DNA of 64,000 nt. Source: Chrysomallon squamiferum (Eukaryota; Animalia; Mollusca). The notes beneath the pieces are model-generated. The model had not been told where the DNA came from. It did not search any database and saw only the letters and a list, made by a program, of their open reading frames with translations. The stretch is from contig CM022665.1 in the NCBI GenBank assembly GCA_012295275.1, positions 30,504,001 to 30,568,000 on the forward strand, given 5' to 3'. The position numbers and the translations under genes are program-made. Below, piece by piece: positions 42,101-57,100 of the stretch (positions are counted from its first letter, which is position 1; each line of letters opens with the position of its first letter).

Positions 42101-45100
42101 GAGTTATCTACAGATTAGTTACATGTTATTAGTACCTTATTAACAGCCCAGACTGCAAGGAAAAGTGAGGATCTTGTACTGATGTTTTTAGTGAGGTACA
42201 TGTTATAATTGCATACAGGTTACATGTATAAGAGATATTTACAGATTAGTACCTTATTGACAGCCCAGACTGCAAGGAAAAGTGAGGATCTTGTACTGAT
42301 GTTTTTAGTGAGGACAGTGTACAGCTGAACAAATCCTTCATCTTTCTTGTCAGACCCTGTTGTTGTGTGTGATACTCTCACTGGCTGGCCATTCTGTTAG
42401 TAAACAACATTAACCACATTTATTATGTGTTCTAAATTTATTATTAGCTAACAATTCTTAATTGTCAAAAATACAACATATCAAAGCAGTAAAATGTTTC
42501 TGTATCTAACATTATGGGTCAGTGGATTACTACAAATCATAAATAGAATTATAATTTTCAGTTTGGTTTTACTTTTTTTTTTTAAATTCTAGTCAAGTCA
42601 CTCTGATAACAGAATCCACCATATCTGATTTTTCAGAAGAAGCATCATGAAACATTTTTTGAAATATTCAACATGGACAGAATTTTTATTTTTAATACAG
42701 TCATGAAACCTGATTGAGATCTGTTCCGAATGGAGATGTTCCCACACTGACGATGTAATGATCTATTTGTGAGTGAAGATCAGAAAAACCGAGCCAGGCC
42801 AAGTTCAGTCTGTCCACTTCCCACGTCATCCACTCAGACTGGTGTCTTGTCAGACGAGCAGCATGCTCAGTTTTCACAGCAAACATTCCTAAGTTTTACA
42901 ACACATTTCTCTCAGTAATCATCACATCAGTAAGAAGAAAGATATGTCTTTAGACAGCATATTTTATCAAACCTATTATTTTCATTTTAAATATTTAACT
43001 GACAACAATACAAAAACATACACATATGTATAGTTTTAATTTCATATAAAAGCAAAATAATTTAAAATAATTACTTAACTTAAAAAAAATAGGAGAATAA
43101 TTGTTATCATTTAAAATTATATTTTTGCAAAAGTTATTTATATATGCAAGTCTTCATTTTTACTTTTAAATAAAACTGTAAATAAAAACATAACGATACC
43201 AGTTGTGGGTGGTGAGCTGTCAAATAAAAACTTGGTTGTCTTGGCAACAGCACACAAACCAGCCAAGTTACAGGCAACTACCTTCACATCATACAGACTG
43301 CCGTCATGGAGATCTAGTTTAGTGAAGATAAACTCTTGTAAAATTCCAGGAACCTAAAAAAAATTATTAGCATAATGAACTTAATTTCATAATAGTTAGT
43401 AATAAAATAATCAACAATTGTAACTCTGAAGTCTATAAATTATGCTCAAAATCTCAAGGGCAAAGTCAAAGTTTTTATTTTAAAACTAAAAGATTTGTAA
43501 ATTAATACAGATCTAACACAGAATGTTGTTACCTTTTTATAATACTTGAAGAAAAGAATGTGGTTTTTTTAAATTATAATTATTTTTGTAAATAAAAAAT
43601 TAAAAATATTTTCATTAACTGACCAACCTGAACAGAATTTGATTGAAATTCTCCCAGATAGTGAGAAGAAAGAGAAATAAAATGTCTTTCTATGTACGAC
43701 TCAGAATCTGTGAACTTCCACTTTATCTTGATGTTTGTTCTGGACACGGTTGTCCGTCGGATCATGGAGTTTATATCCTCTGACAGAAAGGGTTTGGTGG
43801 ATACAGAGGGTGGGGTGAGATCAACATAAAATCCACTTGATGTTGCTTCTGTCCACAAACCTGAAAATAAACATTTAATAATTTATTTTAACAAACATTA
43901 TCTCAGATACTGTTATTTAATTTAAGATTTTAAATGTTACCACATTATCAAAGGAATAAATAAATTTTAAAATCTAAAATTTTGTTAACATTTTGCAGTG
44001 ATGACTTCTATGAGAGGAAACCTGCTTCTACCATTCAAGAGCTGCTCTTAATGATCAGGAAAGAGGTTCTGTTTTTGCAATATGCTTCACGTCAAAAGAT
44101 TTACCAAGACATTTACCTCAGCAAGCATGGAACTAGAGTTGGAATGGGAAATATCAATATGAATTAATTTTGCATGTATTTACTATTTCATAAAAGTAAA
44201 AATTGTTTTATTTTCAAAGACGTCAAACAACACAAGTAATCTGACAACCTGCTTTGTTGTAAGCTCTGACGGTGATGTACATGAGTTTATTTGTCACTAG
44301 ACTGGTGCTGGTGTAAGCAGATTCTCTCAGTGGTAATCTTGTCACTGTGAGCACATCAGCAGAACCAGGAGATGTTCCAACCCTCCACTCATAAAAAGCC
44401 AGACCAGACTGAGCATCCTGGAATCCATGCCACTTGGCTGACACAAACGTCCTGAACAACAAAATGAAATGTAACACTGTCCTGTACATTAGTAATACTA
44501 TTTTAGTTACTTGATGCTAACACACAAATATACATATATAAATATGTAGTAGTTAGTTGTGATTTGAAATATGACACTGTCCTGTACATTAGTAATACTA
44601 TTTTAGTTACTTGATGCTAACACACAAATATACATATATAAATATGTAGTAGTTAGTTATGATTTGAAATATAACTTTGTCCTGTACATTAGTAATACTA
44701 TTTTAGTTACTTGATGCTAACACACAAATATACATATATAAATATGTAGTAGTTAGTTGTGATTTGAAATATGACACTGTCCTGTACATTAGTAATACTA
44801 TTTTAGTTACTTGATGCTAACACACAAATATACATATATAAATATGTAGTAGTTAGTTGTGATTTGAAATATGACACTGTCCTGTACATTAGTAATACTA
44901 TTTTAGTTACTTGAAACTAAACACACAGATATACATATATAAATATGTAGTAGTTAGTTATGATTTGAAATATAACTTTGTCCTGTACATTAGTAATAAT
45001 ACTCTAAAACACTTGAAACTAAACACACAAATATATACATATAATTGTTTTTTTCAAACATGATACTGTCTTTTAAAATTAATAACCAAAAATACTTGAA

Positions 45101-48100
45101 AGAGATATCACACACACTTGAAATATGACAGATTTTCCATTTAGTAATCATTCAGGATCAGACTGTATATTTCCCATTCCAACCTACCATCACAGACTAG
45201 ACAATATTATGTACTCTAAAGAATCATTAAAAGTAAAAATTCTGTTTGTAAATTATTGTTTTGAACAAAATATTTCAGCACAGAAAAAGCATGAATAATC
45301 ATATTATAGATTTACAAAATTGTCGTTTGAAGAATGAAATTCAAACAGACAGAAATGTCTAAAATGTACACTAACTTAGAAGCTTGGAACTGTGTTTCTG
45401 TGTCTCCTATTCCATCCATTACATGACCTCTGATTGGTGCTGTGTTGTCAATGACAACGCCATCTGAAGTGGCACTGGTACACAGCAAGGCAGAGTTACA
45501 TGCTGTCACAGTCACAAAGTATTTAACTCCTTGTGCAGGAGCTGTGTGACTCAGATCAATTTCTGTTCAGTTAACAAATAAAACATTAACAGAAAAATTC
45601 TTCAATGTATCAGTTTATCTGATTTTATAATTACAGGAAATTAAATGATGTTAAAAAAAAGGTTTTCATATTAAATTGAATGACATTTTGTCTCTAATGA
45701 TATGTATACATAATTTTAAGCATAATACATTTTCAAGGTAAACTTTAAAAAATTTAAATAAAAAAATTACCAGTTCTCAGATTGTATTCAAATTCTTCCA
45801 CTAGATCACCACATCCTTTACATGTGCCAACCTTGACCTTGTAAACAGAGATAAAGGACTGCGGGTCAACAAATCCGTCCCAGTAGACAACAAACATGGA
45901 TACATTGGTGATGTAATCTTTGTCTTCTGTCCTTGACCCTTCATAAACATGACCAGGTAAGGGTGGAGATGTGTCCATCATGATGGAACGAGAGACTGTT
46001 TGTTTGTAAAGTCCAGCTCCATTAAAGGCCTGAAAAAATTAAAAATGTCAGAAATTTTAAAAAGATTATCTCTTTATCAAAAAACTTTCACTAGTAATTG
46101 TTGTACATACTTTTTATAAATAATGTCTTGTTCACACCAAAAGCAACTTCAAATACTAAGAAAGCAAATGAGTTCTAATTTGTTTTGAATGTGAAATGAT
46201 ATACAACTCATATTTCATGATTCAAGTTAATTCTTTAATGATATATAATTATTTAAATAACAAATAAAATATGTAATAAAAACAAGATTAAAAGTAAATA
46301 CTGTATTCCTGTTTATCTACAGACTGATAAATAAAGTAATAAACTATATAAAAAGCTGACTTTGACAGTGATGTAATATTTGTATCCAGCTTTCATTTTG
46401 TCGGTGTATTTCAGGTTGATACAGGTGTCACTGCTGTCAGTGAAAGGTATGACGTCATCATAGCCAGGTCTTGAACCAGCAGCCACTGAGAAACTTTTTA
46501 CTCCACTCTCAACATCAGAAAACACTCCATTCCAGCTGAAATGAGATACCTTTTAAACATTGCTAATACATAATATATCTCAAATTATCATTTACCAAAA
46601 TATACTTTATTTGCATGTTAGAAAAATGTTTTCATATTATACCTCTAAAATATTAAATAGCTTTTAAAATAGTTTAAAACCTACTGAATTAAAAGAAATT
46701 CTTTTTCTTTCTTTAATTGAAACTGTAGATACAAAATTTGGTATAATCCTGATTTGATTAAAATAGAAAATTTAAAAGACAGCCTTTAATGGGACTAATT
46801 ATAAATATTTTAATGAAAATCTAACTGACAAGCATTAAAAAATAATGAAAAATAAATAAATTTAATAAAGTTACCCAATCAAAAATCAACAAATAGTTTA
46901 AGGTTGTTATTAATATAAAAAGGTATAGACAAATGAAACTTAAAATATTTAAATTACAGAAATCAAACATTTTTTTTTTTTTTTTGTGTACATGAAAATA
47001 AAATGAAACTAAAAACTATTTAAATTAGAGAAATTATAGTGATTGGCTCTTTGATGAATGACAAAATCTATAAATAGAAAGAAGATTACCAAACATGTAT
47101 TTGTGAGGTTGTGATGAAACGAGATGAAAGTTGTATCTGAACTGAAGTAAGCTGGGGTGGGGTGTTGTCCACAATGAAAGATTTAGAAGTCACAGCTGTA
47201 GTCTTGTTAACAAAGTCTCTTGCTGAAAACAAAATAATCAATCCTATAATTAGCTATGGTAAAAAAAAAAAAAAAAAAAAAAAAAAAGATTTCTGACTGA
47301 ATAAATTATCTCCTACAAATGGGTAAAATTACTTTAAAGAATTTTATTTTTTTTGGACTTGTGCTCATCTTTTGAACGAATTAAAAAAAAAAAAAAATAA
47401 TAATAATAAATAAATAAATTAATTAATTAATTAATTAATTAATTAAAATAAAATCATAAAAATAAATAATTAAAATTTATAATACAGAATTGCAATAATT
47501 ATGATGTATGATTCTTTAAATATTTGTTATGTTTTATTATAATTATTTTTGAATAAAAAACAATGATACTGCAATTAAATAGCAGATGAGAGAGAGAAAG
47601 AGAGGTTGAATTTACAAATAGATTTAACAACCTTTAACAGTGACAAACAGTGTGTGTCCATTCTGTAGTTTGAGACTGTGCAAAGTTTGGTGATTGACGA
47701 GGCCAACGTTGTGAAAACTGACAACATCTTCACCTCCAGGAACTGAACCTGTCAAATAAATTAAACATAACAACTTGTTATATATAATATTAAACATAAC
47801 AGCTTGTTATATATATTAAACATAACAACTTATTGTATACTTTAAGCATAACAGCTTGTTATATACATTATTATATACATTGTTATATATATTAAACATA
47901 ACTTGTTACATTAAATGTAACAACTTGTTATATATAATATTAAACAACAACTTATTATATATATTAAATATAACTTGTTATATAAATTAAACATAACAAC
48001 TTGTTATATATAATATTAAACAACAACTTGTTATATACATTGAACATAACTTGTTATATACATTGAACATAACAACTTGTTATATACATTGAACATAACT

Positions 48101-51100
48101 TGTTATAAGCATTGAACATAACAACTTGTTATATACATTGAACATAACTTGTTATATACATTGAACATAACAACTTGTTATATATAATAATAAACCTAAC
48201 AATTTGTTATATACATTAAACCTAACAACTTGTTATATACTTTAAACCTAACAACTTGTTTTATCCATTAAACATAACAAGTTGTTATATATAAAACATT
48301 TGTCTTTTATAAATGCAATAGTATGTCATATAGAGACATGTTAAATATCATCTACAATGAGAAAATTAGCATGAAAACAGAACTATAACCAAACTAAAAG
48401 TAAACTTTAGAAATATTCAACATGGTATTATTGAAATTATTACAAATGTAAATATTAAAACATTAGAAATCCTCTCAATGAAAAGCAGCCATAATTTCTA
48501 CATTTGTTTCAAGTCTGAGTAATCTGTTTTGTTAGTTAATAATCTTAATTGAGAAATGATATTTTAAAATATATCAAAACAAAAGTTTTAAGGAACATTT
48601 TTAAATATAGACAAAAGCAAGGGTTTTTGAAGTTTATAAAAATCTTAACGTAAGTAATGAAAATTTAAAGTTAACAGAAGATAAACAAACTAACCAAGTG
48701 CTATTTGATAGTCTGCTATTCCAGTAGTGTGCAGTACAGAACTGATTTCATCAACATCAGTAAACCCATCCCACAACACCTCCACCTCAGTCAGGGACGA
48801 CTGAAATTATTAAATAAACATATCAACTTTGAGTCTACATAATTAATCTCTCATTTCATTTACCTGTTTTCTTAGTCTCTCTTTCTATTTTGTTAGTGTT
48901 TGACAATCATTACCCAAGATTTCAGAAATCTTTTACATAAAAAAAAATGTAGAGTATACTGAACTAATGAGTAAGATAAAGTTTAACATAAATAATGAGC
49001 ACAGCATCAAAACAAAACAAAAAAAGATAAATAAATAAATTAAAAAAATTAAAAATTAAAAAAATGTAAACAGATAAATAAATAAACAAAAATAGCTATT
49101 TTATACAAATTAATTGATCAAAACAGAACTTCTCTATTTTATTGATAAACTGAAAACTCTATGCACAATTACAATAAAACTATTAACTGAAAATCTGATA
49201 TTCATTCTTTTCATCTGATAAAATAATTCATATATGTATTATTATGTGTATGTTTGATATACTAATTATGAAATAATTTAAAATAAATATTCTAAGATTA
49301 TTTACAAAAGATTACCTGATATTGCTTGTGATTGAGTTTGCTAATCCACACTCGACCACCAGTAGGTTTAGTGAGATCAATAACAACACCATCACTGCAC
49401 TGATTTACTTCTAACAGGTAATCTGTCCACTTTTCATACTGCACTTGTTTCTCACTGGCATGAATACAGATGTAGTAACGCTTTCCATGTTGTAATGACT
49501 CATCAAACTCCACATTTACATACTCCTTATCTGTAAAATAACAAGACACATACTCTTTATCTGTAAAATAACAATACACACACTCTTTATCTGTAAAATA
49601 ACAATACACACACTCTTTATCTGTAAAATAACAACACACACTCTTTATCTGTAAAATAGCAATACATATATTTTATCTGTAAAATAATAGTACACACACT
49701 CTTTATCTGTAAAATAACAACACACACTCTTTATCTGTAAAATAGCAATACACATACCCTTTATCTGTAAAATAACAATACACACACACTTTATCTGTAA
49801 AATAGCAATACACATACTCTTTATCTGTAAAATAACAATACACACACACTTTATCTGTAAAATAACAATACACATACTCTTTATCTGTAAAATAACAATA
49901 CACACACACTTTATCTGTAAAATAACAATACACATACTCTTTATCTGTAAAATAACAATACACACACACTTTATCTGTAAAATAACAATACACATACTCT
50001 TTATCTGTAAAATAACAATACACACACTCTTTATCTGTAAAATAACAACACACACTCTTTATCTGTAAAATAGCAATACACATACCCTTTATCTGTAAAA
50101 TAACAATACATATATTTTATCTGCAAAATAACAATACGCACACATTCAATGTGTAAAATAATAATACTCATACCACTGATACTGAAAAAAGACAATTTCT
50201 TATTGGTAAAGTAATATTGATATATCTCTTTTTTTTTCAGTTCTGGAAATAGGATTAATTTTACATCTGGTTACTAAATAGTACTGATGTATTTTTTATG
50301 TATATATTAAAACAGGTAAAATATTGTTAATTAACTGTATCCAATAGTGTATTAGCAGAATAATTAATTGAAATACTTTTAACAAACGTCTTCTCAAGTA
50401 AATTAATAATTTAAATTTACATTTTTTATCTATATAATATGTAAAATAATTTTTAAAAATTCTAATTTGCTCTTTCAGTCTGCTTCTGTTAAAGTGTAAA
50501 TAACAATAAAACATTGATAAAACAGTTGTGATGTTTACCTGTGTGATTACATTTGACAACTCCAGGTAAAGAACAAGGGTCAGACACAGACATCAGTGAC
50601 TGTCGCTGGTAGTGAGCTGCTGGGGGTACAGAACTCCCTTCCATTACCGCCCACGAGTAGTCTCTGTGTCTGAGGCTGGGCCACACAGCAGACAACATGT
50701 CAGAGTATGGAGTGTAGTCAACATCGTCCTCAGTCCACTGAGCATTTTCATCTAACATCACACCAGCAGAACCTCCATCTTCTCTCCTCTTTCCTTAAAT
50801 ATCAAAATTAGCATTACACAACATTATGTCAAACAAAATTATTATGATAATTTACTTTATTTCATATTTTATTTCCACACCTATTTTGTAAATAAATAAA
50901 TAATCTTTAAAAAAAACACACCCAATGTTTAGCTGGTTAAAAGCTTGTATAAATTTCAGTTTAATTTGTTTTCAAAACCAAATTATATATAACATATGTC
51001 GTTTATCTAAAACTATTTAAAAAGGACAGTTTTGATCTAAATACTTGCATGCATTTAAGTTTATCAGCTTTTAAAACAAAAATTCCAATAATATTCCAAA

Positions 51101-54100
51101 CCAAAATCATCACAATCAAAGTTTAATAAAAAGAAAAATTAATACTGTTAGTTTAACAAAATGAAAAAATGTAGAAACAAATATTTTTCATTAAAAAGCT
51201 TGAGTCATTTTGAAAGTTTTACTGCCTTTCAAATAAAAATTTAAAACATTTGAAATAATAATTATCAGTACAAAACCGAAAACTGACAGTTGAACATGAA
51301 ATGTGTTTACCTAAGACATCGATGACAACGGCAGGAACAACAAGGGCAGGATCGAAAGCAGAGCAGTTTCTGACATCGGCAGACACCATTGTGGACATCT
51401 CAACTTTGTTGAATCCTCTCACAGCCAGACGTCTGCATTCTCTGAAATTCAGTTTTCCAGCAAGTGTCACAGTGAAACTGATCTGAAAAATGAAACATAA
51501 AGAATAAATTATACTGATTCTATTTTTATCTTTTTTAATCTTAGTAAAAACCAACAATTATTGAATTATAAACACTTTACTGGTGTTTATAAATGTGTTA
51601 ACTCACATGTGTAGAATTTACGTTTTGAACATTTTTAACTTGTGTCCACTTTTCTAACAAACGACTGTCATGCCTGTTATCTGTCAGTGCCCACTCATAT
51701 CTGGACATGGTTGTCATGGCAACATCTTTATCTTTGATGTCAGGATCAAAGAATTTAGCAATCTCGACCTTTATCTGTGAAAACAAATTTTCATAATTAA
51801 TTACTAATACAATATTAATCTTTCTATAATTACAAAAATAATAAAAATTACAGTTTGGTCATACACCTACATTCAAAACTGCTAGATCCTATAATTTAAT
51901 CTTTTTAATTACAGCTGTAATCATTTGTTTATTTGTTTTATTATTTATTTATTTGCTGCTTTTTGTTTATGTATTTACTGATTTCTACCTGAGAAGTAGT
52001 AGAAGTTTCTGAGTACAGCAGAGTTATTGTTCCTGACTGTGGTGGTTGTGTTATAATTGTCACTCCGTCACTGAAAACTGGCTGAGAACAGATTTTTGCG
52101 ACACACAACTTGACGGCAGCTCGGTATGTGTGACCTGACTGTAAACTGACACCTCCAGCAATCACAGTGTCAGTGGATGATATGTGTTCATAGGATCTGA
52201 CACTGTCCCACAGATTAACTGTAAAAACAGATACAATACATTAAATAAACCAGATAAATCTGCGTAATAAATATTCACTCTGTATTAAATGTTTAAACTA
52301 GGAAATGTGTGCAGTAAAATAAAAGTAGAAATTTAAGTGGAATCATTTATTGATTGCAAATTGAGTCCTCTTCATTGAACTGACTGAATGATTTCCTGTT
52401 TCACCCAGTGCTCCTATCTGTTTTACCAACTGCAGAAGTATCTAACTTTTCTGTCAATGGAAAGATGTGTATGAAAGGTTTATTTCTGCCAATAAATAAA
52501 AGTAATCCATGAAATTGTATCAGTGGGTTTTCTCACTAACAGTTACATTAGACATATAATATCAAAAGACATAGATTTTTAAGAATTTATAAACATTACC
52601 TGACAAAGGTTTCTTTTTCTGCAGACTCCAGACGACGTCTGGATACAAGGACTTGGACCTGTCTGAACGAGTCCAGTGAGCAAAATAAACACTGCTTGAA
52701 GACTGGTACGAAATATCATCAACACATTTCTCTTCATCAACCTTAGTGACACAATCAACACATTTGTTAACTTTATCAACATAAATGTAACAAATACAAG
52801 TACTGAAATATCATCAACACATTTCTCTTCATCAACCTTAGTGACACAATCAACACATCTGTTAACTTTATCAACATAAATGTAATAAATACAAGTACTG
52901 AAATATTATCTATACATGTCACTTTAGTGATATAATCAACACATTTACTACAATGTACAAAGTGCTCAGAGCTTGAAGACTGGTAAGAAATATCATCAAC
53001 ACATTTTCCCTCATCAACTTTAGTGACACAATCAACACATTTCTCCTCATCAACTTAGTGACACAATCAACATATTTATTACAATGTACAAAGTACACAG
53101 TGCTTAAAGACCAGTATGAAATATCAATATATTTCTCTTCATCAACCTTAAGTGACATAATCAAAACAGAGATCAATAAGAATAATGTAACAAATTATGA
53201 AATAAATAGAGATAAAGCCTACGTTTTTGTAATGTTCTGGTTTCCATTTCATGTTATCTGAAAAAAAAAAAAAAAATTAATTACTATTACACTGAAACTA
53301 TTTTGAAATCTGACCACCAAAAAGTCTTTTGTCTTTAAAACAAACATAATTTAAATATTCTGAAGATAAAATAGATATAATATATCCTTAAGTATAGGAC
53401 TTAAGACAGTCAAAAATAGACATGGAAATTTCTAAATTAAATTGTGTGTAATCTCTTGTATTAAAACAAGGAATCAGTCTACTGATATGTTTTAAAAAAT
53501 AAAAACCTGCAGACTGACAGACAGGACCATCATTGATGACAACATCAGACACAACAGTCTGGTTCTCTACTATCTGAAATCCATTTGAGGATACCAGTGT
53601 ATCACCAGCTTCATTTGTAGCCACAACCAGTGAGTAATATTGCTGTAATATAGTCATAATATTGCTGTAACATCGTCATAACATTGCTGTGATAGTCATA
53701 ACATTGCTGTAATATAATAATAACATTGCGGTAACATAGCCATAATAATGCTGTCACAGTAACATTTATAATATTCCAGTAATATATTTTTTGATATTAC
53801 TGTAATACATTCATAATATGGCTGTAATGTATTATTAAAATTACTAAATATATTATAATATGAATTAACTGATTATTCATATTCATGTTATATAATTGAT
53901 CCTTCAGCAGCTATAATACATTCATAATATGACACAATTTAAACAATTCTGAATTAGTGGATAATATTACTGAAATACATGAATAATGCAGCTGTAATTA
54001 TCATTTTCAACATCATCTGTTAACTGAATGTGGCCTTAAAACAAATAAATAAAAAAGGTGTAAAAAGCTACTTACCTGATGAATATTGAGATTTAAACTT

Positions 54101-57100
54101 GTAAACGTGTGTTGGTTTTCACTGAGAACAGAAACAAAAGGAACAATGTTAGCAGTTTTCTGTGATGTTCCTAACCCAACTTTAAACGTCAAACTTTCAA
54201 CTTTGTCAGTAAAACCAAACCATCGAACACTGAGTTCTTTTCTTGTCAGCTGATGATCACTGTCTTCCAATAACTGTAAAAACAAATTTGAAATTTAACA
54301 TTTTTATATATTGATTTCCTCACTGTCTTCAATAACATTTTCAGTTATAATATTTGCTAAAATGAGATTTCATTAAAATATAGCAAATATCTTTCAGTTT
54401 TAATTAAAAAAAAGAAGTAGAAAACACAATTATAATTCAATTCATATGAAGTATTTTGTTGTTTAAAATCAGAGATAATGTTGTTGTTTTTATATCAAAA
54501 CAAATTGCATCCAACTTATAAGAATAATTTTATCATCGTACAGATTAAGAACAGTTTAACTTAGAACTGTAATAAAAGAGGAAATGGAATAATTAAGTTA
54601 ATTAAAACTCTGACATAAAATCATGATCACTAACAGATGATTCGAGTACATCAACTTCCTCATTAGGAATCACTTCATAGACTAATCCTGCATGTGGACG
54701 TTTGTTGCTATGGAGATACGGTTGTGACACACCCACTGTGAGTTGACCGACAATGTTCTCCACCTGGACAGACACAAAGTAGGTGTGTTTTTCATGAAGA
54801 CCAAACTGTAGACGAGACAGAGACACAGCTGTGCAGACAGGCGGAGAGGAAACGACACATCCTGCACCTGACTGCAGCACAGACCACTTGTGTGTTTCTT
54901 CACCTTTACCTGTGTGTCCTGTTTAAATTCATACAAAGCTAAAATATTCAATAACTTTTTATACTATATTTTATCAAATTAAAATATTTAATATAACATT
55001 TTATAAACTGAAATATTTAATATACTTTAATATTGCATGTATCAAAACAAAAATATATAATCACTTTTTATACTACATTTTATAAAATTAAATAATTCAA
55101 TAACTTTTTATATTACATTTTATATAATTAAAATATTTAATAGTTTAATATAACATTTTATAAACTGAAATATTTAATATATTTTAATATTATATGTTAT
55201 AATGCAAACATATTTAACACTTTAATATTTGAACCCCAATTTTTAAATAGATTTTAATATTACATTATAAAAACAACAATATATAACACATTTCAACATT
55301 ACACTTTATAAAACAAATTTTTAAAAATATTTTAAATATTACATGTATCAAAATGAGAATATTTAACTCATTTTAATAATACATGTTACAAAAAACATAT
55401 ATTTAATACCTTTTAATACTACACGAAACAAAAATAGTTAACTCATTTTTATATTAGGTGTATTAAAATAAAAATATTTAAATCATTTTAATAGTACATG
55501 TATTAAAACTAAAATATTTAACAGATTGTTAAATCATAAAAAGACAACATAATTACATTTTAAACTGTTTGACTTTAGTTTGTGACTTTCACCAAATTGG
55601 GGTAATAACAATGAACTTAACAAATCAGATCAGAATAAAACAGAACCAAGAAATCAAACACACCAACAGCAAATGAATATTTTAAATATTTGGTTTCCAT
55701 GTCAGTGAATGTTGAAGTCGTCCATTCTGCAACCAGGTAATTTTCTTGTAGAGTTACTTTGATTGGTGGTGTGAAGACAGGGTTTTCAGTTAAAACTATC
55801 ACTGGACCAATCACCTTTAACATAAAGAAAATCACATGAATAAAAATGTGATCATGCACCCCACAAAAATCCATAAATTAAAAATAAATTACAGAAATTC
55901 CTTTATTTTTAAAATGATCACTAGACAGGAAATTATTTATATATACAAGAACTACATTATTAATGGGGAAAAAACAACAACATTTTTACGGGGTATCAGG
56001 TATGAATATATTTATGTCTGAATCTGCAGTTTCAAGTTTTATGCAGAATATTTTTGTGAAATGGATGAAATTACAAGATTTTTATAAGATAATCTGTAAA
56101 AACAAATGATCAAATGTTTATTTTTGTCAGAACAGTCGTAACTACAAACAACATGTACTTACTTTATTTGCTGAGTTTTTAGCTTTGTTGATGACTTTGA
56201 TGATGATAAAGAATCGTCTTCCTGCATTGATGTTGGTGTGGAACAGTTGTTCATGTTGATGCTGATGTGTTGATGTGAAGGGTTTGACATCAGGAGATGC
56301 TGCACCATTCTTGCTGGATGCAAAACCAATTTCATAATCAAATATTCCACTCTCAGCATCTGATCCTGTCCAGTTCAAGTACAACTAAAACCAAATTTTA
56401 TTTCTTTTTTATAGAAATATTTAATAATTCTACTATATTATAGTACATATCTGGTGTTATGATTATTGTGTTTTTTTAATGTAAAGTTTTAGTGAAGAAA
56501 TATTTTAAAATCTGTCTAAAAAATAATGAGAGATTGTGAAATGAGAGAGAGAGAGAGAGAGAGAGATTTAATAAGACTACTACATTATAGTACATAGCTG
56601 TTATGATTACTGTACCTTTACTGTTATATTTTAATATGACTCTTTTGGTAGTTGTATCTAATTAACAAGAAAAACTTTTCTACTGACAGCTCAATACATA
56701 GTTCAGTATCTGATATTTTTGTTTTCTACAATCAACTGACATTCAAACAATTAGTTTTAATGTCAGAAATAATTATTATTCATGCCTGAAATTCTTTAAA
56801 AATGTACATCTTGTTCAAGAAATCTTCAGACATTCCACTTTCCTCTTCACAAACTGATGCTTTCACTGTCTTGGTTTCTCCACTTTCAGTTTTATCTATT
56901 GGCAGATTTGAAAGATCAGCAATTGGAGTTGCCTTTGTTCTGAAACATGAAAATGTTTCTGTAATTTGTACACAGGAGTTCTGACATTCTGTATGGAAGG
57001 TGAGATTAGAAACTTTCTTCAAAACAAAATTTCAAAGCAAAGGAATGTTTTTATGTGGACAATTTAAAAAACACAAGAAGTCATTTTTTTACACATCTAG

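Noticed and set aside
49645-50083. Two overlapping repetitive ORFs (CIVILQIK.. and CYFTDKEYVY..) as independent genes
   Set aside because: They are translations of the 30-bp intronic acceptor array.
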